Positions 8,815 through 20,529 of a stretch of 47,091 bases of DNA are shown here, piece by piece; positions within the stretch are counted from its first letter, which is position 1, and each line of letters begins with the position of its first letter. The position numbers and the translations under genes were made by a program. The notes beneath the pieces are model-generated. The model was given only the letters and a program-made list of their open reading frames with translations, was not told the origin of the DNA and did no database searches. The DNA is from Escherichia coli (GTDB lineage Bacteria > Pseudomonadota > Gammaproteobacteria > Enterobacterales > Enterobacteriaceae): assembly GCF_003334255.1 (NCBI RefSeq), contig NZ_QOWU01000042.1. One strand, written 5' to 3'.

Positions 8815-9813
8815 TTACGCGTCCGGGAACTCACGGATAAAGCGTTCGACATCTTCAACCATATGGTCGTTGCCGACAAAGAACGAACGGCGCTGGTGCA
8901 GAGTTTCCGGGATGATATCCAGAATACGCTCTTTGCCATCGCTCGCTTTACCGCCCGCTTGTTCCGCCAGGAATGCCATCGGGTTGCACTCATACAGCAA
9001 ACGCAGTTTGCCGTCCGGGTGGCTGGCGGTGCTTGGGTAGAGATAAATACCGCCTTTCAGCAGGTTACGGTGGAAATCCGCGACCAGTGAACCGATATAA
9101 CGTGAGGTATAAGGGCGGTTGGTGGACTTATCTTCTTCCTGGCAGAATTTAATGTACTTCTTCACCCCGTTCGGAAACTTAATGTAGTTTCCTTCGTTGA
9201 TGGAGTAGGTTTTGCCTTTCTCCGGGAAGCGCATCCGTTCCTGGCACAGACAGAAAACGCCCAGCGAAGGATCGTAAGTAAAGGCGTGAACACCGCATCC
9301 GGTGGTGTAAACCAGCATGGTAGAGGAGCCGTATACCACGTAACCTGCCGCAACCTGTTTGTTACCAGGCTGGAGGAAATCTTCTTCCGTTACCGGCGTG
9401 CCAACAGGCGTAACGCGGCGGTAGATGGAGAAAATGGTACCGACAGAGACGTTAACATCGATGTTGGACGAGCCATCCAGTGGGTCCATCAGCACCACGT
9501 ATTTTGCGTGTTCACAGCCTTCAAAGACGACAATCTCATCTTCTTCTTCAGAGGCAATGCCCGCAACGATATCGCGTGCTTTCAGTGCGGCTTTCAGTTT
9601 TTCATTAGCGAACAAGTCGAGTTTCTGCTGAACCTCGCCCTGCACGTTCTCAGCACCGCTGGCACCCAGGATATCAACCAGTCCTGCTTTGTTGATATCG
9701 CGATGGATAATCTTGGCGCCCAGTTTTATTGCCGACAGCAAAGCAGTGAGCTCACCGGTAGCATGAGAAAACTCGTGCTGCTTTTCGACAATAAATTCAC
9801 CTAACGTTTTCAT
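8815..9813 (-). CDS. fbp: fructose-1,6-bisphosphatase class 1
   Basis: Translation from [15 protein letters not shown]... to ...FIREFPDA matches E. coli Fbp (332 aa); the ORF-track N-terminal extension was rejected. Confidence 0.95.
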
Positions 9814-9988
9814 AAAACTTTCCCTGCAATGTTTATGGAGTAAAGCGACCGCAACAATCTTAACAAATAATCTCAATGTTGCGCTCAGGTGAATCGCGCC
9901 AGCAAATTGCGGATTATCCTGAAATGCGTTTCTCACTTGCCCGACATATGCGTAAAATGAGCGGCAGATTAAAAAAGGATAGTGACGT

Positions 9989-11362
9989 ATGCGCATTCAT
10001 ATTTTAGGAATTTGTGGCACGTTTATGGGCGGTCTGGCGATGCTGGCGCGCCAGTTAGGCCATGAAGTAACGGGTTCGGACGCCAATGTGTATCCGCCGA
10101 TGAGCACCTTACTTGAGAAGCAAGGCATTGAACTGATTCAGGGTTACGATGCCAGCCAGCTCGATCCGCAGCCGGATCTGGTGATTATTGGCAACGCCAT
10201 GACCCGTGGAAATCCGTGTGTGGAAGCGGTACTGGAAAAAAACATCCCTTATATGTCAGGTCCACAGTGGCTGCACGATTTTGTGCTGCGCGACCGCTGG
10301 GTGCTGGCCGTTGCCGGTACACATGGCAAAACCACCACCGCGGGAATGGCAACCTGGATTCTGGAACAGTGCGGTTACAAACCGGGATTTGTGATCGGCG
10401 GTGTGCCGGGGAACTTTGAGGTTTCGGCGCGTCTGGGCGAAAGCGACTTCTTTGTTATCGAAGCGGATGAGTATGACTGCGCCTTCTTCGACAAACGCTC
10501 TAAATTTGTCCATTACTGCCCACGTACGCTGATCCTCAACAACCTTGAGTTCGATCACGCCGATATCTTTGACGACCTGAAAGCGATCCAGAAACAGTTC
10601 CACCATCTGGTGCGTATCGTTCCGGGGCAGGGCCGTATTATCTGGCCAGAAAACGACATCAACCTGAAACAGACCATGGCGATGGGCTGCTGGAGCGAGC
10701 AGGAGCTGGTGGGTGAGCAGGGGCACTGGCAGGCGAAAAAGCTGACCACCGATGCTTCCGAATGGGAAGTTTTGCTGGATGGCGAAAAAGTGGGCGAAGT
10801 GAAATGGTCGCTGGTAGGCGAACATAATATGCACAATGGCCTGATGGCGATTGCGGCGGCTCGCCATGTTGGTGTAGCGCCGGCAGATGCCGCTAACGCG
10901 CTGGGTTCGTTTATTAACGCTCGTCGCCGTCTGGAGTTGCGTGGTGAAGCGAATGGCGTCACGGTATATGACGATTTTGCCCATCACCCAACGGCGATTC
11001 TGGCAACGCTTGCGGCGCTGCGTGGCAAAGTTGGCGGTACGGCGCGCATTATTGCCGTGCTGGAACCGCGCTCGAATACCATGAAAATGGGGATCTGCAA
11101 AGACGATCTGGCACCTTCATTAGGTCGTGCCGATGAAGTCTTCCTGCTGCAACCGGCGCATATTCCGTGGCAGGTGGCAGAAGTGGCAGAAGCCTGCGTT
11201 CAGCCTGCACACTGGAGTGGCGATGTGGATACGCTGGCAGATATGGTGGTGAAAACCGCTCAGCCTGGCGACCATATTCTGGTGATGAGCAACGGCGGTT
11301 TTGGTGGGATCCATCAGAAACTGCTGGATGGTCTGGCGAAGAAGGCGGAAGCCGCGCAGTAA
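9989..11362 (+). CDS. mpl: UDP-N-acetylmuramate:L-alanyl-gamma-D-glutamyl-meso-diaminopimelate ligase
   Basis: 457-aa ORF, Mur ligase family (GTHGKTTT motif); divergent from fbp as in E. coli. Confidence 0.9.
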
Positions 11363-11369
11363 TTCGGCC

Positions 11370-11500
11370 TTAGCCTGATATAGTGTGCGTAGGCCGGATA
11401 AGGCGTTCACGCCGCATCCGGCATTTGAGCATAGTGCCTGATGCGACGCTTGATGCGTCTTATCAGGCCTACAGGTGCACCGCATCCGGCAAACCATACT
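11370..11500. repeat. REP/BIME cluster
   Basis: Several ggccggataaggcg / gcctgatgcgacgc palindromic units. Confidence 0.7.
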
Positions 11501-11517
11501 CACATCAACAACGAAAA

Positions 11518-12069
11518 TTACCCTTCATTCTCCGCCAGTTCGCGCAGATACTGGAAAATCTGGCGTGCGGATTTCGGCGGCTTATTCCCTTCTTTCTCTT
11601 TCTTCGCGTTGCGGATCAGAGTACGCAGTTGCTGACGATCGGCATCGGGCCACAGATTTAATACCTCAGCGATGGCGTCATCACCTTGATCGATCAGACG
11701 ATCGCGCAGGTTTTCCAGTTTATGGAACAGCACCACCTGCTGGTTGTGACGGTTTTTCAGCTTATCCAGCGCCTGACGAATAGGCTCTACGTCGCGCTGG
11801 CGCAGCATCTTACCGATGAGCTGCAACTGGCGGCGGCGACCTTCCATCTTAATACGCTGGGCGAGCTCAATAGCCGCGCGCAGATCCGCATCTAACGGGA
11901 TCTTATCCAGCGCGTTTTTCCCCAGATCAACAATTTCCGCGCCAAGGCGTTTTAGCTCCTCGGCATCACGTTTAATTTCACTTTTACTGACCCAGATAAT
12001 TTCATCGTCTTCGTCTTCGATGTCATCACCGGGAACGTCGTCGAGCCAGTCTTCGGGCTGCTTAGTCAT
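11518..12069 (-). CDS. yjgA: ribosome-associated protein YjgA (DarP)
   Basis: 183-aa ORF starting [14 protein letters not shown] at 12067..12069 preceded by AAGGAG. Confidence 0.85.
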
Positions 12070-12164
12070 CTCAGGCTCCTTAAAAAAAAAGAGGCTAATG
12101 TTACCAGTTAAGATGCGCACTGAAAAACGGTTCTCTGTTAGACTTCAGAGAAACTCTCTACATT

Positions 12165-13517
12165 ATGGCACTTGCAATGAAAGTAATCTCTCAAGTTGAA
12201 GCGCAGCGCAAGATTCTGGAAGAAGCAGTTTCCACTGCGCTGGAGTTGGCCTCAGGCAAATCGGACGGTGCGGAAGTTGCCGTCAGCAAGACCACCGGCA
12301 TTAGCGTAAGCACGCGTTATGGTGAAGTGGAGAATGTTGAATTCAATAGCGATGGCGCGCTGGGGATCACTGTTTATCACCAGAACCGCAAAGGTAGCGC
12401 ATCATCCACCGATTTAAGCCCGCAGGCCATTGCCCGTACTGTACAGGCGGCGCTGGATATTGCCCGTTATACCTCGCCAGATCCCTGTGCCGGCGTGGCA
12501 GACAAAGAGCTGCTGGCCTTTGACGCACCAGATCTCGACTTGTTCCACCCTGCGGAAGTTTCCCCGGATGAAGCCATTGAACTGGCGGCCCGCGCAGAAC
12601 AGGCGGCATTGCAGGCGGACAAACGCATCACCAATACCGAAGGTGGCAGCTTTAACAGCCACTACGGTGTCAAAGTTTTTGGCAACAGCCACGGCATGTT
12701 GCAGGGTTACTGCTCAACGCGTCATTCGCTCTCCAGCTGTGTAATTGCCGAAGAAAATGGCGATATGGAGCGTGATTACGCCTACACCATTGGTCGTGCG
12801 ATGAGCGATCTGCAAACGCCAGAGTGGGTTGGGGCCGACTGTGCTCGCCGTACTTTATCGCGCCTGTCACCGCGTAAACTCTCCACCATGAAAGCGCCGG
12901 TCATTTTTGCCAATGAAGTGGCAACCGGGCTTTTTGGCCATCTGGTGGGGGCGATAGCGGGTGGATCGGTTTACCGTAAATCCACCTTCCTGCTGGATTC
13001 GCTGGGTAAACAAATTCTGCCGGACTGGCTGACCATTGAAGAGCATCCGCATCTGCTGAAAGGGCTGGCATCGACGCCATTTGACAGCGAAGGTGTGCGC
13101 ACCGAGCGTCGCGATATTATTAAAGATGGCATCCTGACTCAGTGGCTGCTGACCAGCTACTCGGCGCGGAAACTGGGGCTGAAAAGCACCGGACATGCGG
13201 GCGGTATTCACAACTGGCGGATTGCCGGACAAGGGCTAAGCTTCGAACAAATGCTCAAAGAGATGGGTACCGGGCTGGTGGTGACGGAGCTGATGGGCCA
13301 GGGCGTGAGTGCCATTACCGGTGATTATTCCCGTGGTGCAGCGGGCTTCTGGGTAGAGAATGGCGAAATTCAGTATCCGGTTAGCGAAATCACCATCGCA
13401 GGTAATTTAAAAGATATGTGGCGCAATATTGTCACCGTCGGTAACGATATTGAAACACGCAGTAATATACAGTGTGGTTCTGTGCTGTTGCCGGAGATGA
13501 AAATCGCCGGGCAGTAA
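12165..13517 (+). CDS. pmbA: metalloprotease PmbA/TldE
   Basis: 450-aa ORF ([32 protein letters not shown]...) in K-12 gene-order context. Confidence 0.9.
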
Positions 13518-13696
13518 AAAACTGGCGCGACCTGCCGCGCTATAAACTAAAAAATTACACAAAATCATTCGCACTGCATCGAGACGGAAAGTGAATGAGG
13601 GCCGGGGAGCGTACTCGCAGTACGTGACCCGGGCGAATGAGCGTAGCCGTCGATGAGGCAGTGTGAAGGATGAAGTGTAAATAAAAAAGGAAGTGA

Positions 13697-14086
<390 letters not shown>

Positions 14087-14130
14087 TTCCTCATTTCCCT
14101 GTTGCCTGCACTCAGGTAACAGGGAACTTA

Positions 14131-14595
14131 TCATCGCAAATGATGCACCACCTGATTGCTGCTGCCGCGCCAGATCAGGGAAGGGTCTTTTAAATCCTGC
14201 ACAAATTTGCCGTCGACCAGTACGTTAATCAAATCAACAACCTGCATTTGCGCAGCGTTGAGATCGTCGAGTTTATAGCCTGTCCACACCCAGATGTCTT
14301 TATCCGGACACTCGGCGCGGATGCGTTTTACCAGTTTCAGAATATCCGGCACGTTTTGCGGATGCAGCGGATCGCCGCCGGAGAGGGAAATCCCCTGGCG
14401 TTTGATACGAGTGTCATTCAGATCGTTAATGATCTGGTCTTCCATTGCTTTGGTAAATGGCTGACCAGAATTTACCCGCCATGTGCTTTTGTTATAGCAA
14501 CCGGGGCATTCATGAACACACCCGGAGACAAACAGGGTGCAGCGAGTGCCGGGGCCGTTGACGATGTCGACAGGATAGTACTGATGATAATTCAT
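14131..14595 (-). CDS. nrdG: anaerobic ribonucleotide reductase activating protein
   Basis: 154-aa ORF with a radical-SAM CxxxCxxC-type motif (GCVHECPGC); directly downstream of nrdD. Confidence 0.9.
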   Translation of the reverse strand: MNYHQYYPVDIVNGPGTRCTLFVSGCVHECPGCYNKSTWRVNSGQPFTKAMEDQIINDLNDTRIKRQGISLSGGDPLHPQNVPDILKLVKRIRAECPDKDIWVWTGYKLDDLNAAQMQVVDLINVLVDGKFVQDLKDPSLIWRGSSNQVVHHLR

Positions 14596-14609
14596 TATTT
14601 CGCCTGGCT

Positions 14610-14745
<136 letters not shown>

Positions 14746-14752
14746 GTGAAGA

Positions 14753-16891
14753 TTAACCTATCTGCCCATTTCCCAAATGTTTAACGCGGCGCTTAACTTC
14801 TTCCTGCTTACCGGCGTTAAATGGACGTGCATCCGGGCTACCTAAATATCCGCACACGCGGCGAGTTACCGACACACGGGAGGCGTCATGGTTACCACAT
14901 TTCGGGCAAGTGAAGCCTTTGCTGGTGCACTCGAACTCACCGGTAAAGCCACACTCGTAGCACTCATCAATCGGTGTATTGGTGCCGTAATACGGTACAT
15001 GCTGATAGCTGTAATCCCAGACATCTTCCAGCGCCTTCAGGTTGTGCTGAATGTTTGGATACTCGCCGTAGCAAATGAAACCACCGTTCGCCAGCGGCGG
15101 GTAAGGCGCTTCAAAGTCGATCTTGTCGTACGGGTTCACCTTCTTCTCCACATCGAGGTGGAAACTGTTGGTGTAGTAACCTTTATCGGTCACGCCCGGC
15201 ACCACGCCAAACTCAGCAGTATCGAGACGGCAGAAGCGGTCGCACAGGTTTTCACTCGGCGTGCTGTAGAGACTGAAACCATAACCCGTTTCTTCTTTCC
15301 ACTGATCCACTGCCTGACGCAGACGTTCAACAATGGCGATACCTTTCGCGCGAAGCTGCTCGTTGTCGTAAACATGCTCGCCGCCGAACAGCGCGTTAAT
15401 GGTTTCGTGGATGCCGATGTAACCCAGCGAAATAGACGCACGACCGTTTTTGAAGATTTCAGAAACATCATCGTCAGCATTGAGACGCACGCCACAAGCA
15501 CCTTCCATATAGAGGATCGGGGCCACGCGCGCTTTCACGCCTTCGAGACGAGCGATACGGGTCATCAGCGCCTTACGTGCCAGCACCAGACGTTCATCCA
15601 GCAGCTTCCAGAAGGTGGCTTCATCGCCTTTTGCTTCCAGAGCAATACGCGGCAGGTTCAGGCTGATCACGCCGAGGTTGTTACGACCATCGTGGATCTG
15701 CTCGCCGTTTTCATTTTCCCACACGCCGAGGAAGCTGCGGCAGCCCATCGGGGTTTTAAACGAACCGGTGACTTTCACTACCTGATCGTAGTTCAGGATA
15801 TCCGGATACATGCGCTTGCTTGCGCACTCCAGCGCCAGCTGTTTGATGTCGTAGTTCGGATCGCCTTTTTTATGGTTCAGACCATCGCGAATCGCAAACA
15901 CCAGTTTCGGGAACACCGCAGTTTTACGGTTTTTACCGAGACCTGCGATACGGTTACGCAGGATAGATTCCTGAATCAGGCGCGATTCCCAGCTGGTGCC
16001 CAGACCAAAACCAAAAGTTACAAACGGCGTTTGACCGTTGGCGGTATGCAGGGTGTTTACTTCGTACTCCAGCGACTGGAAGGCATCGTAGCACTCTTTA
16101 ATGGTACGAGAGTTAGCGTAGCCTTCTGCGTCCGGGATGCTCCACTCTTCTGCGGTCTTGCGATGTTTGTTGTAGCTGGCGGTGACAAACGGTGCCAGCA
16201 CTTCATCGATACGGTTAATGGTGGTGCCGCCATAAATATGGCTGGCAACCTGAGCAATAATCTGCGCAGTTACCGCGGTTGCCGTTGAGATCGACTTCGG
16301 CGGTTCAATCTCGGCGTTCCCCATTTTAAAGCCCTGGGTCAGCATGCCTTTCAGGTCGATCAACATGCAGTTGAACATCGGGAAAAACGGTGAGTAATCG
16401 AGATCGTGATAGTGAATATCGCCACGCTCATGTGCCTGCACCACGTCACGCGGCAGCAGGTGCTGACGTGCATAGTGTTTAGCCACGATCCCGGCCAGCA
16501 GGTCGCGCTGGGTTGGAATCACCTTGCTGTCTTTGTTGGCGTTTTCGTTGAGTAACGAGGCGTTGGTCTGCTCGACCAGACCACGGATCTCCTGGTTCAG
16601 GCGACCGCGTTTTTCACGTTCAATGTCGCGATCGTGACGGTACTCGATGTAAGCACGAGCCAGTTGTTTGTATGGACCCGACATCAGCTGGTTTTCAACT
16701 GCGGTCTGGATCTCATTGATATCCACCTGGTTGCGGCCCTGCATCTGCTCGCTGACAACCGCGGCAACAGTGGCGCAATAATCGGCATCATCGACTTCCG
16801 CTGCTTTAGCTGCACGCAGAATCGCTTCTTTGATGCGCTCTGATTTAAACGGCACTTTGCAGCCGTCTCGTTTCATCACATGCGGTGTCAT
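14753..16891 (-). CDS. nrdD: anaerobic ribonucleoside-triphosphate reductase
   Basis: 712-aa ORF with a C-terminal glycyl-radical region (RVCGYLG) and a Cys-rich zinc site. Confidence 0.95.
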   Translation of the reverse strand: MTPHVMKRDGCKVPFKSERIKEAILRAAKAAEVDDADYCATVAAVVSEQMQGRNQVDINEIQTAVENQLMSGPYKQLARAYIEYRHDRDIEREKRGRLNQEIRGLVEQTNASLLNENANKDSKVIPTQRDLLAGIVAKHYARQHLLPRDVVQAHERGDIHYHDLDYSPFFPMFNCMLIDLKGMLTQGFKMGNAEIEPPKSISTATAVTAQIIAQVASHIYGGTTINRIDEVLAPFVTASYNKHRKTAEEWSIPDAEGYANSRTIKECYDAFQSLEYEVNTLHTANGQTPFVTFGFGLGTSWESRLIQESILRNRIAGLGKNRKTAVFPKLVFAIRDGLNHKKGDPNYDIKQLALECASKRMYPDILNYDQVVKVTGSFKTPMGCRSFLGVWENENGEQIHDGRNNLGVISLNLPRIALEAKGDEATFWKLLDERLVLARKALMTRIARLEGVKARVAPILYMEGACGVRLNADDDVSEIFKNGRASISLGYIGIHETINALFGGEHVYDNEQLRAKGIAIVERLRQAVDQWKEETGYGFSLYSTPSENLCDRFCRLDTAEFGVVPGVTDKGYYTNSFHLDVEKKVNPYDKIDFEAPYPPLANGGFICYGEYPNIQHNLKALEDVWDYSYQHVPYYGTNTPIDECYECGFTGEFECTSKGFTCPKCGNHDASRVSVTRRVCGYLGSPDARPFNAGKQEEVKRRVKHLGNGQIG

Positions 16892-17126
16892 GATCGCTCC
16901 ATATTTTTAAGAACAGGTTATCCACAGAAATTGGGAAAGGCGTTTTCCGGTTTTTTCGTTTCGTTTTCCGGTGCTTTCCGCAATCGCCATCCGCTTATCC
17001 ACAACGCCGCACCTTTTTCGTGGGGAGCTGTAGTAGCAATTATAGTCGATTAATACAACATATTGGGTTGGGACGCATTTTAAAGTCTATATATAGTGCT
17101 TTGCATCAAGGATGTTTGAACTTTTT

Positions 17127-17140
17127 TTGATGTAGCTCAA
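17127..17140. promoter_or_regulatory. FNR-like site upstream of nrdDG (ttgatgtagctcaa)
   Basis: Match to the TTGAT-N4-ATCAA consensus in the nrdD upstream region; nrdDG is FNR-activated (established knowledge). Confidence 0.4.
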
Positions 17141-17243
17141 AGTAAAAAGCAGAGCGTACGGATGACGGGCGCTACAGCGTTATGTAAATTTTTTAATGAA
17201 TTTGCTGGTTGAAAAATCAACAAAAACAACATGCTGACAGACA

Positions 17244-17272
17244 AAACCCCGGAATGACCGGCATTACCGGGG
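17244..17272 (-). terminator. intrinsic terminator after treC
   Basis: GC-rich hairpin (ccccggaatgaccggcattaccgggg) followed by a T-run on the minus strand. Confidence 0.5.
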
Positions 17273-17284
17273 CTTAGGGAAGAT

Positions 17285-18940
17285 TTACTTCTGTAACCAC
17301 CAGACAGCCTCAAAAGGCCGTAAATTCATGGCACAGGGTTGTGGTGAGGCTTCTTCGTAGTTATGCATCACAAGCTGCCAGTTGCCGCGCATTTGCCCTG
17401 GCTGCCAGGGTTGGATCTCACGGCTAAGGTTGGCAATGACCAGCAAGGTTTGCCCCTTCCATTCACGGCGATAGCACCACAATACAGGGCTGTTTGGCAG
17501 CAGATCCTGGTAATTGCCCCATGTCAGGATGGCTTCCTGTTTACGCAGTGCGATTAACTTTTGGTAGGTGTAAAACACCGAGGAATCATCGGCCAGCGCG
17601 GCTTCTACGTTGATTTGTTGATAGTTATCGCCCAGGCCAATCCACGGTTCGCCAGCCGTAAACCCGGCATTATCGCCGTTGCTCCATTGCATGGGCGTGC
17701 GGCTGTTGTCACGGGATTTACTGGCGAGGATTGCCAATAACTCGTCGGCATCACGCCCATCGTTGCGCAGCTCGGCAAACATATTGAGGCTCTCCACGTC
17801 GCGATAGTCAGTAATGCGCGTGAAATGCGGGTTGGTCATGCCAATCTCTTCGCCCTGGTAGATATACGGCGTTCCCTGCATGCCATGCAGCACCATCGCT
17901 AGCATTTTTGCCGCAGGCACGCGGTATTCACCTTCATCACCAAAGCGAGAAACAATGCGCGGCTGATCGTGGTTACACCAGAACAAGGCATTCCATGCTA
18001 CGTTGTGCATTCCTTGTTGCCAGTGGCGGAACAATGTTTTCAACGCCACAAAGTCAGGTTTAGCCAGCGTCCATTTTTCACCACCGGGATAATCGACCTT
18101 CAGGTGATGAAAATTAAAGGTCATCGATAATTCACTGCCTGCCAGTGCCGCGTATCGCTGGCAATGCTCAAGGCTGGTGGAGGACATTTCACCTACGGTC
18201 ATTAACCCGCGTGGCGTAAACACATCGCGGTTCATCTCGTGCAAAAACTCGTGTGCTCGTGGCCCGTCGGTGTAGAAGCGACGCCCGTCGCCATCCAGGT
18301 CTTCAGGGAAACGCGGGTCTTTGGAGATCAGATTCACCACATCCAGGCGCAACCCATCGACCCCACGATCGGCCCAGAATTCACAGACTTTTTTCAGCTC
18401 TGCGCGTACCGCTGGATTCTCCCAGTTGAGATCCGCCTGTTCTGGTGCAAAGAGATGCAAATAGTACTGTTCGCTTTCCGCATGCCAGCGCCACGCACTA
18501 CCGCCAAATTTTGAACGCCAGTTATTCGGTGGCGTTTCTGGTTCGCCATCGCGCCAGATATAAAACTGGCGGTAAGGGCTTTCTTTGTTCAGCGCCTCGC
18601 GAAACCAGGCATGTTGGGTAGAGGTATGGTTAAACACCATATCGAGAATGATACGAATCCCGCGCGATTTTGCCTGCGTCACCAGTTCGTCAAAATCGTC
18701 CAGCGTGCCGTAGGTGGGATCAATCGCCGTATAGTTCGCTACGTCGTAACCGTTATCGACCTGGGGAGAGACATAAAAGGGGGTTAGCCAGATGGCATCA
18801 ACGCCCAGTTTATGCAGATAGTCCAGGCGTTGGATAACGCCACGTAAATCGCCGGTACCGCTACCCGTGGTGTCCTGAAAACTCTTTGGATAAATCTGGT
18901 AGATAACGCCGTTTTGCCACCAGTGGGGAAGATTAGTCAT
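17285..18940 (-). CDS. treC: trehalose-6-phosphate hydrolase
   Basis: 551-aa ORF starting MTNLPHWWQNGVIYQIYPKSF; the ORF-track 49-aa upstream extension was rejected. Confidence 0.9.
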   Translation of the reverse strand: MTNLPHWWQNGVIYQIYPKSFQDTTGSGTGDLRGVIQRLDYLHKLGVDAIWLTPFYVSPQVDNGYDVANYTAIDPTYGTLDDFDELVTQAKSRGIRIILDMVFNHTSTQHAWFREALNKESPYRQFYIWRDGEPETPPNNWRSKFGGSAWRWHAESEQYYLHLFAPEQADLNWENPAVRAELKKVCEFWADRGVDGLRLDVVNLISKDPRFPEDLDGDGRRFYTDGPRAHEFLHEMNRDVFTPRGLMTVGEMSSTSLEHCQRYAALAGSELSMTFNFHHLKVDYPGGEKWTLAKPDFVALKTLFRHWQQGMHNVAWNALFWCNHDQPRIVSRFGDEGEYRVPAAKMLAMVLHGMQGTPYIYQGEEIGMTNPHFTRITDYRDVESLNMFAELRNDGRDADELLAILASKSRDNSRTPMQWSNGDNAGFTAGEPWIGLGDNYQQINVEAALADDSSVFYTYQKLIALRKQEAILTWGNYQDLLPNSPVLWCYRREWKGQTLLVIANLSREIQPWQPGQMRGNWQLVMHNYEEASPQPCAMNLRPFEAVWWLQK

Positions 18941-18989
18941 TACGTTATTCCTGCGAATGCGAGGGGGCGCAATTGCGCCCCGAAGAAAA

Positions 18990-20411
18990 TTAAACAATGT
19001 CCAGCGTGCCCAGGCGGTATTTCCGCTGATAGATAAACGAGGTGAGTACAATCGGGATGATGATGGCGATAGCCATTGCCAGCGCAAACACCTGCCAGTA
19101 GCTCGGTTGAATCGAGAGAATTCCCGGCAGGCCGCCTACGCCGATGCCATTCGCCATAACGCCGTTCAGGCCGCATAGCAATCCTGCCAGACCAGAACCA
19201 ATCATCGCGCACAGCATCGGGAAGCGATATTTCAGGTTGATGCCGTACATTGCAGGCTCAGTGACCCCAAGCCAGGCGGAGATAGCGGCAGGCACGGAGA
19301 TCTCGCGTTCATTGTGCTTGCGGCTGGAAATGATAATGCCTATCACGGCGGAGCCCTGAGCGATATTCGACAGCGCAATCAGCGGCCACACTGGCGTACC
19401 ACCCATGCTTTGAATCATCTGCAAATCAATAGCAAGCGTGGTCTGGTGTACACCGGTGATCACCAGCGGGGCGTACAGGAAGCCAAACAATGCTGCGCCA
19501 ATAGGTGCAAAGCTGCCGGTCATCAGGTGACGTACCGCAAAGGCAACGCCATCGCCAATCATGCGTCCAAACGGACCAATCAGCGCATGGGCGAGGAACA
19601 CCGCGAGGATCAGCGAACAGACGGGCACCACCACCAGATAGAGGTAATCCGGCACGATGCGTTTAAGGCGAGTTTCAATAACGCCCAGCGCCAGCCCGGC
19701 TAACAGTGCCGGGATCACCTGCGCCTGATAGCCTACTTTGGCGATGCTGAACATGCCAAAGTCCCACACTTCCGGCAGCTGCTGCCCGAGCAGATAAGCG
19801 TTCATCAGCTGTGGAGAAACCAGCGTTACGCCAAGTACGATACCAAGGATCGGCGTGCCGCCCATTTTTTTCACCGCTGACCAGCAAATCCCGACCGGCA
19901 GGTAGAAGAAGATCGCTTCACCGATCAACCACAGAAAATCGTAGATCGTTTGCAGGGAAGGGTACATTTGCGCCAGCGTTTGACCGTTGCTCATGGGCAA
20001 ATCGCCGATCACATTGCGAAAACCGAGGATCAAACCGCCGCTAATCAACGCGGGCAGCAACGGGAAGAAGATCTCCGCGAAATGAGAGATCAACTGCTCA
20101 TGCCATTTCATATTCTGCCGGGCGGCTTTTTTTACCTGCTCTTTATCAACCTGCGCCTGTCCGGTTGACGCAATCAGTGCTTGATAGTAATCACCCACAT
20201 TGGTGCCAATCACCACCTGAAATTGCCCGGCATTGGTGAAACAGCCTTTCACCATGGGGAGTTGCTCAATTTCTTTCGGTCTGGCATTGGCCGGTTGGTT
20301 GAGGACAAAGCGCAGGCGAGTAATACAGTGGCTCACCGTCGCAATATTGCCGCGCCCGCCGACCAGTTCAATCAACCGATCGATATCCGTTTGGTTTATT
20401 TTGCTCATCAT
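18990..20411 (-). CDS. treB: PTS trehalose-specific EIIBC component
   Basis: 473-aa membrane ORF upstream of treC. Confidence 0.9.
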   Translation of the reverse strand: MMSKINQTDIDRLIELVGGRGNIATVSHCITRLRFVLNQPANARPKEIEQLPMVKGCFTNAGQFQVVIGTNVGDYYQALIASTGQAQVDKEQVKKAARQNMKWHEQLISHFAEIFFPLLPALISGGLILGFRNVIGDLPMSNGQTLAQMYPSLQTIYDFLWLIGEAIFFYLPVGICWSAVKKMGGTPILGIVLGVTLVSPQLMNAYLLGQQLPEVWDFGMFSIAKVGYQAQVIPALLAGLALGVIETRLKRIVPDYLYLVVVPVCSLILAVFLAHALIGPFGRMIGDGVAFAVRHLMTGSFAPIGAALFGFLYAPLVITGVHQTTLAIDLQMIQSMGGTPVWPLIALSNIAQGSAVIGIIISSRKHNEREISVPAAISAWLGVTEPAMYGINLKYRFPMLCAMIGSGLAGLLCGLNGVMANGIGVGGLPGILSIQPSYWQVFALAMAIAIIIPIVLTSFIYQRKYRLGTLDIV

Positions 20412-20476
20412 AAAGCCCCATGGCAGATGACATTTTTGGTTGGCTGCAGAATATATTGCGCGGAAAAATTTAAAAA

Positions 20477-20490
20477 CGGGAACGTTCCCG
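20477..20490. promoter_or_regulatory. palindromic operator upstream of treB (cgggaacgttcccg), probable TreR site
   Basis: Perfect 14-bp palindrome between treR and treB. Confidence 0.45.
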
Positions 20491-20529
20491 AAACGCAGCG
20501 AAGATCACAATTTATCGTTCAGGAAACGA

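Noticed and set aside
10256-10987. 243-aa ORF on the minus strand
   Set aside because: Antisense within mpl.
14888-16288. 466-aa ORF on the plus strand
   Set aside because: Entirely antisense to nrdD, which has a confident identity; no ribosome-binding site; typical antisense open frame in a GC-balanced gene.
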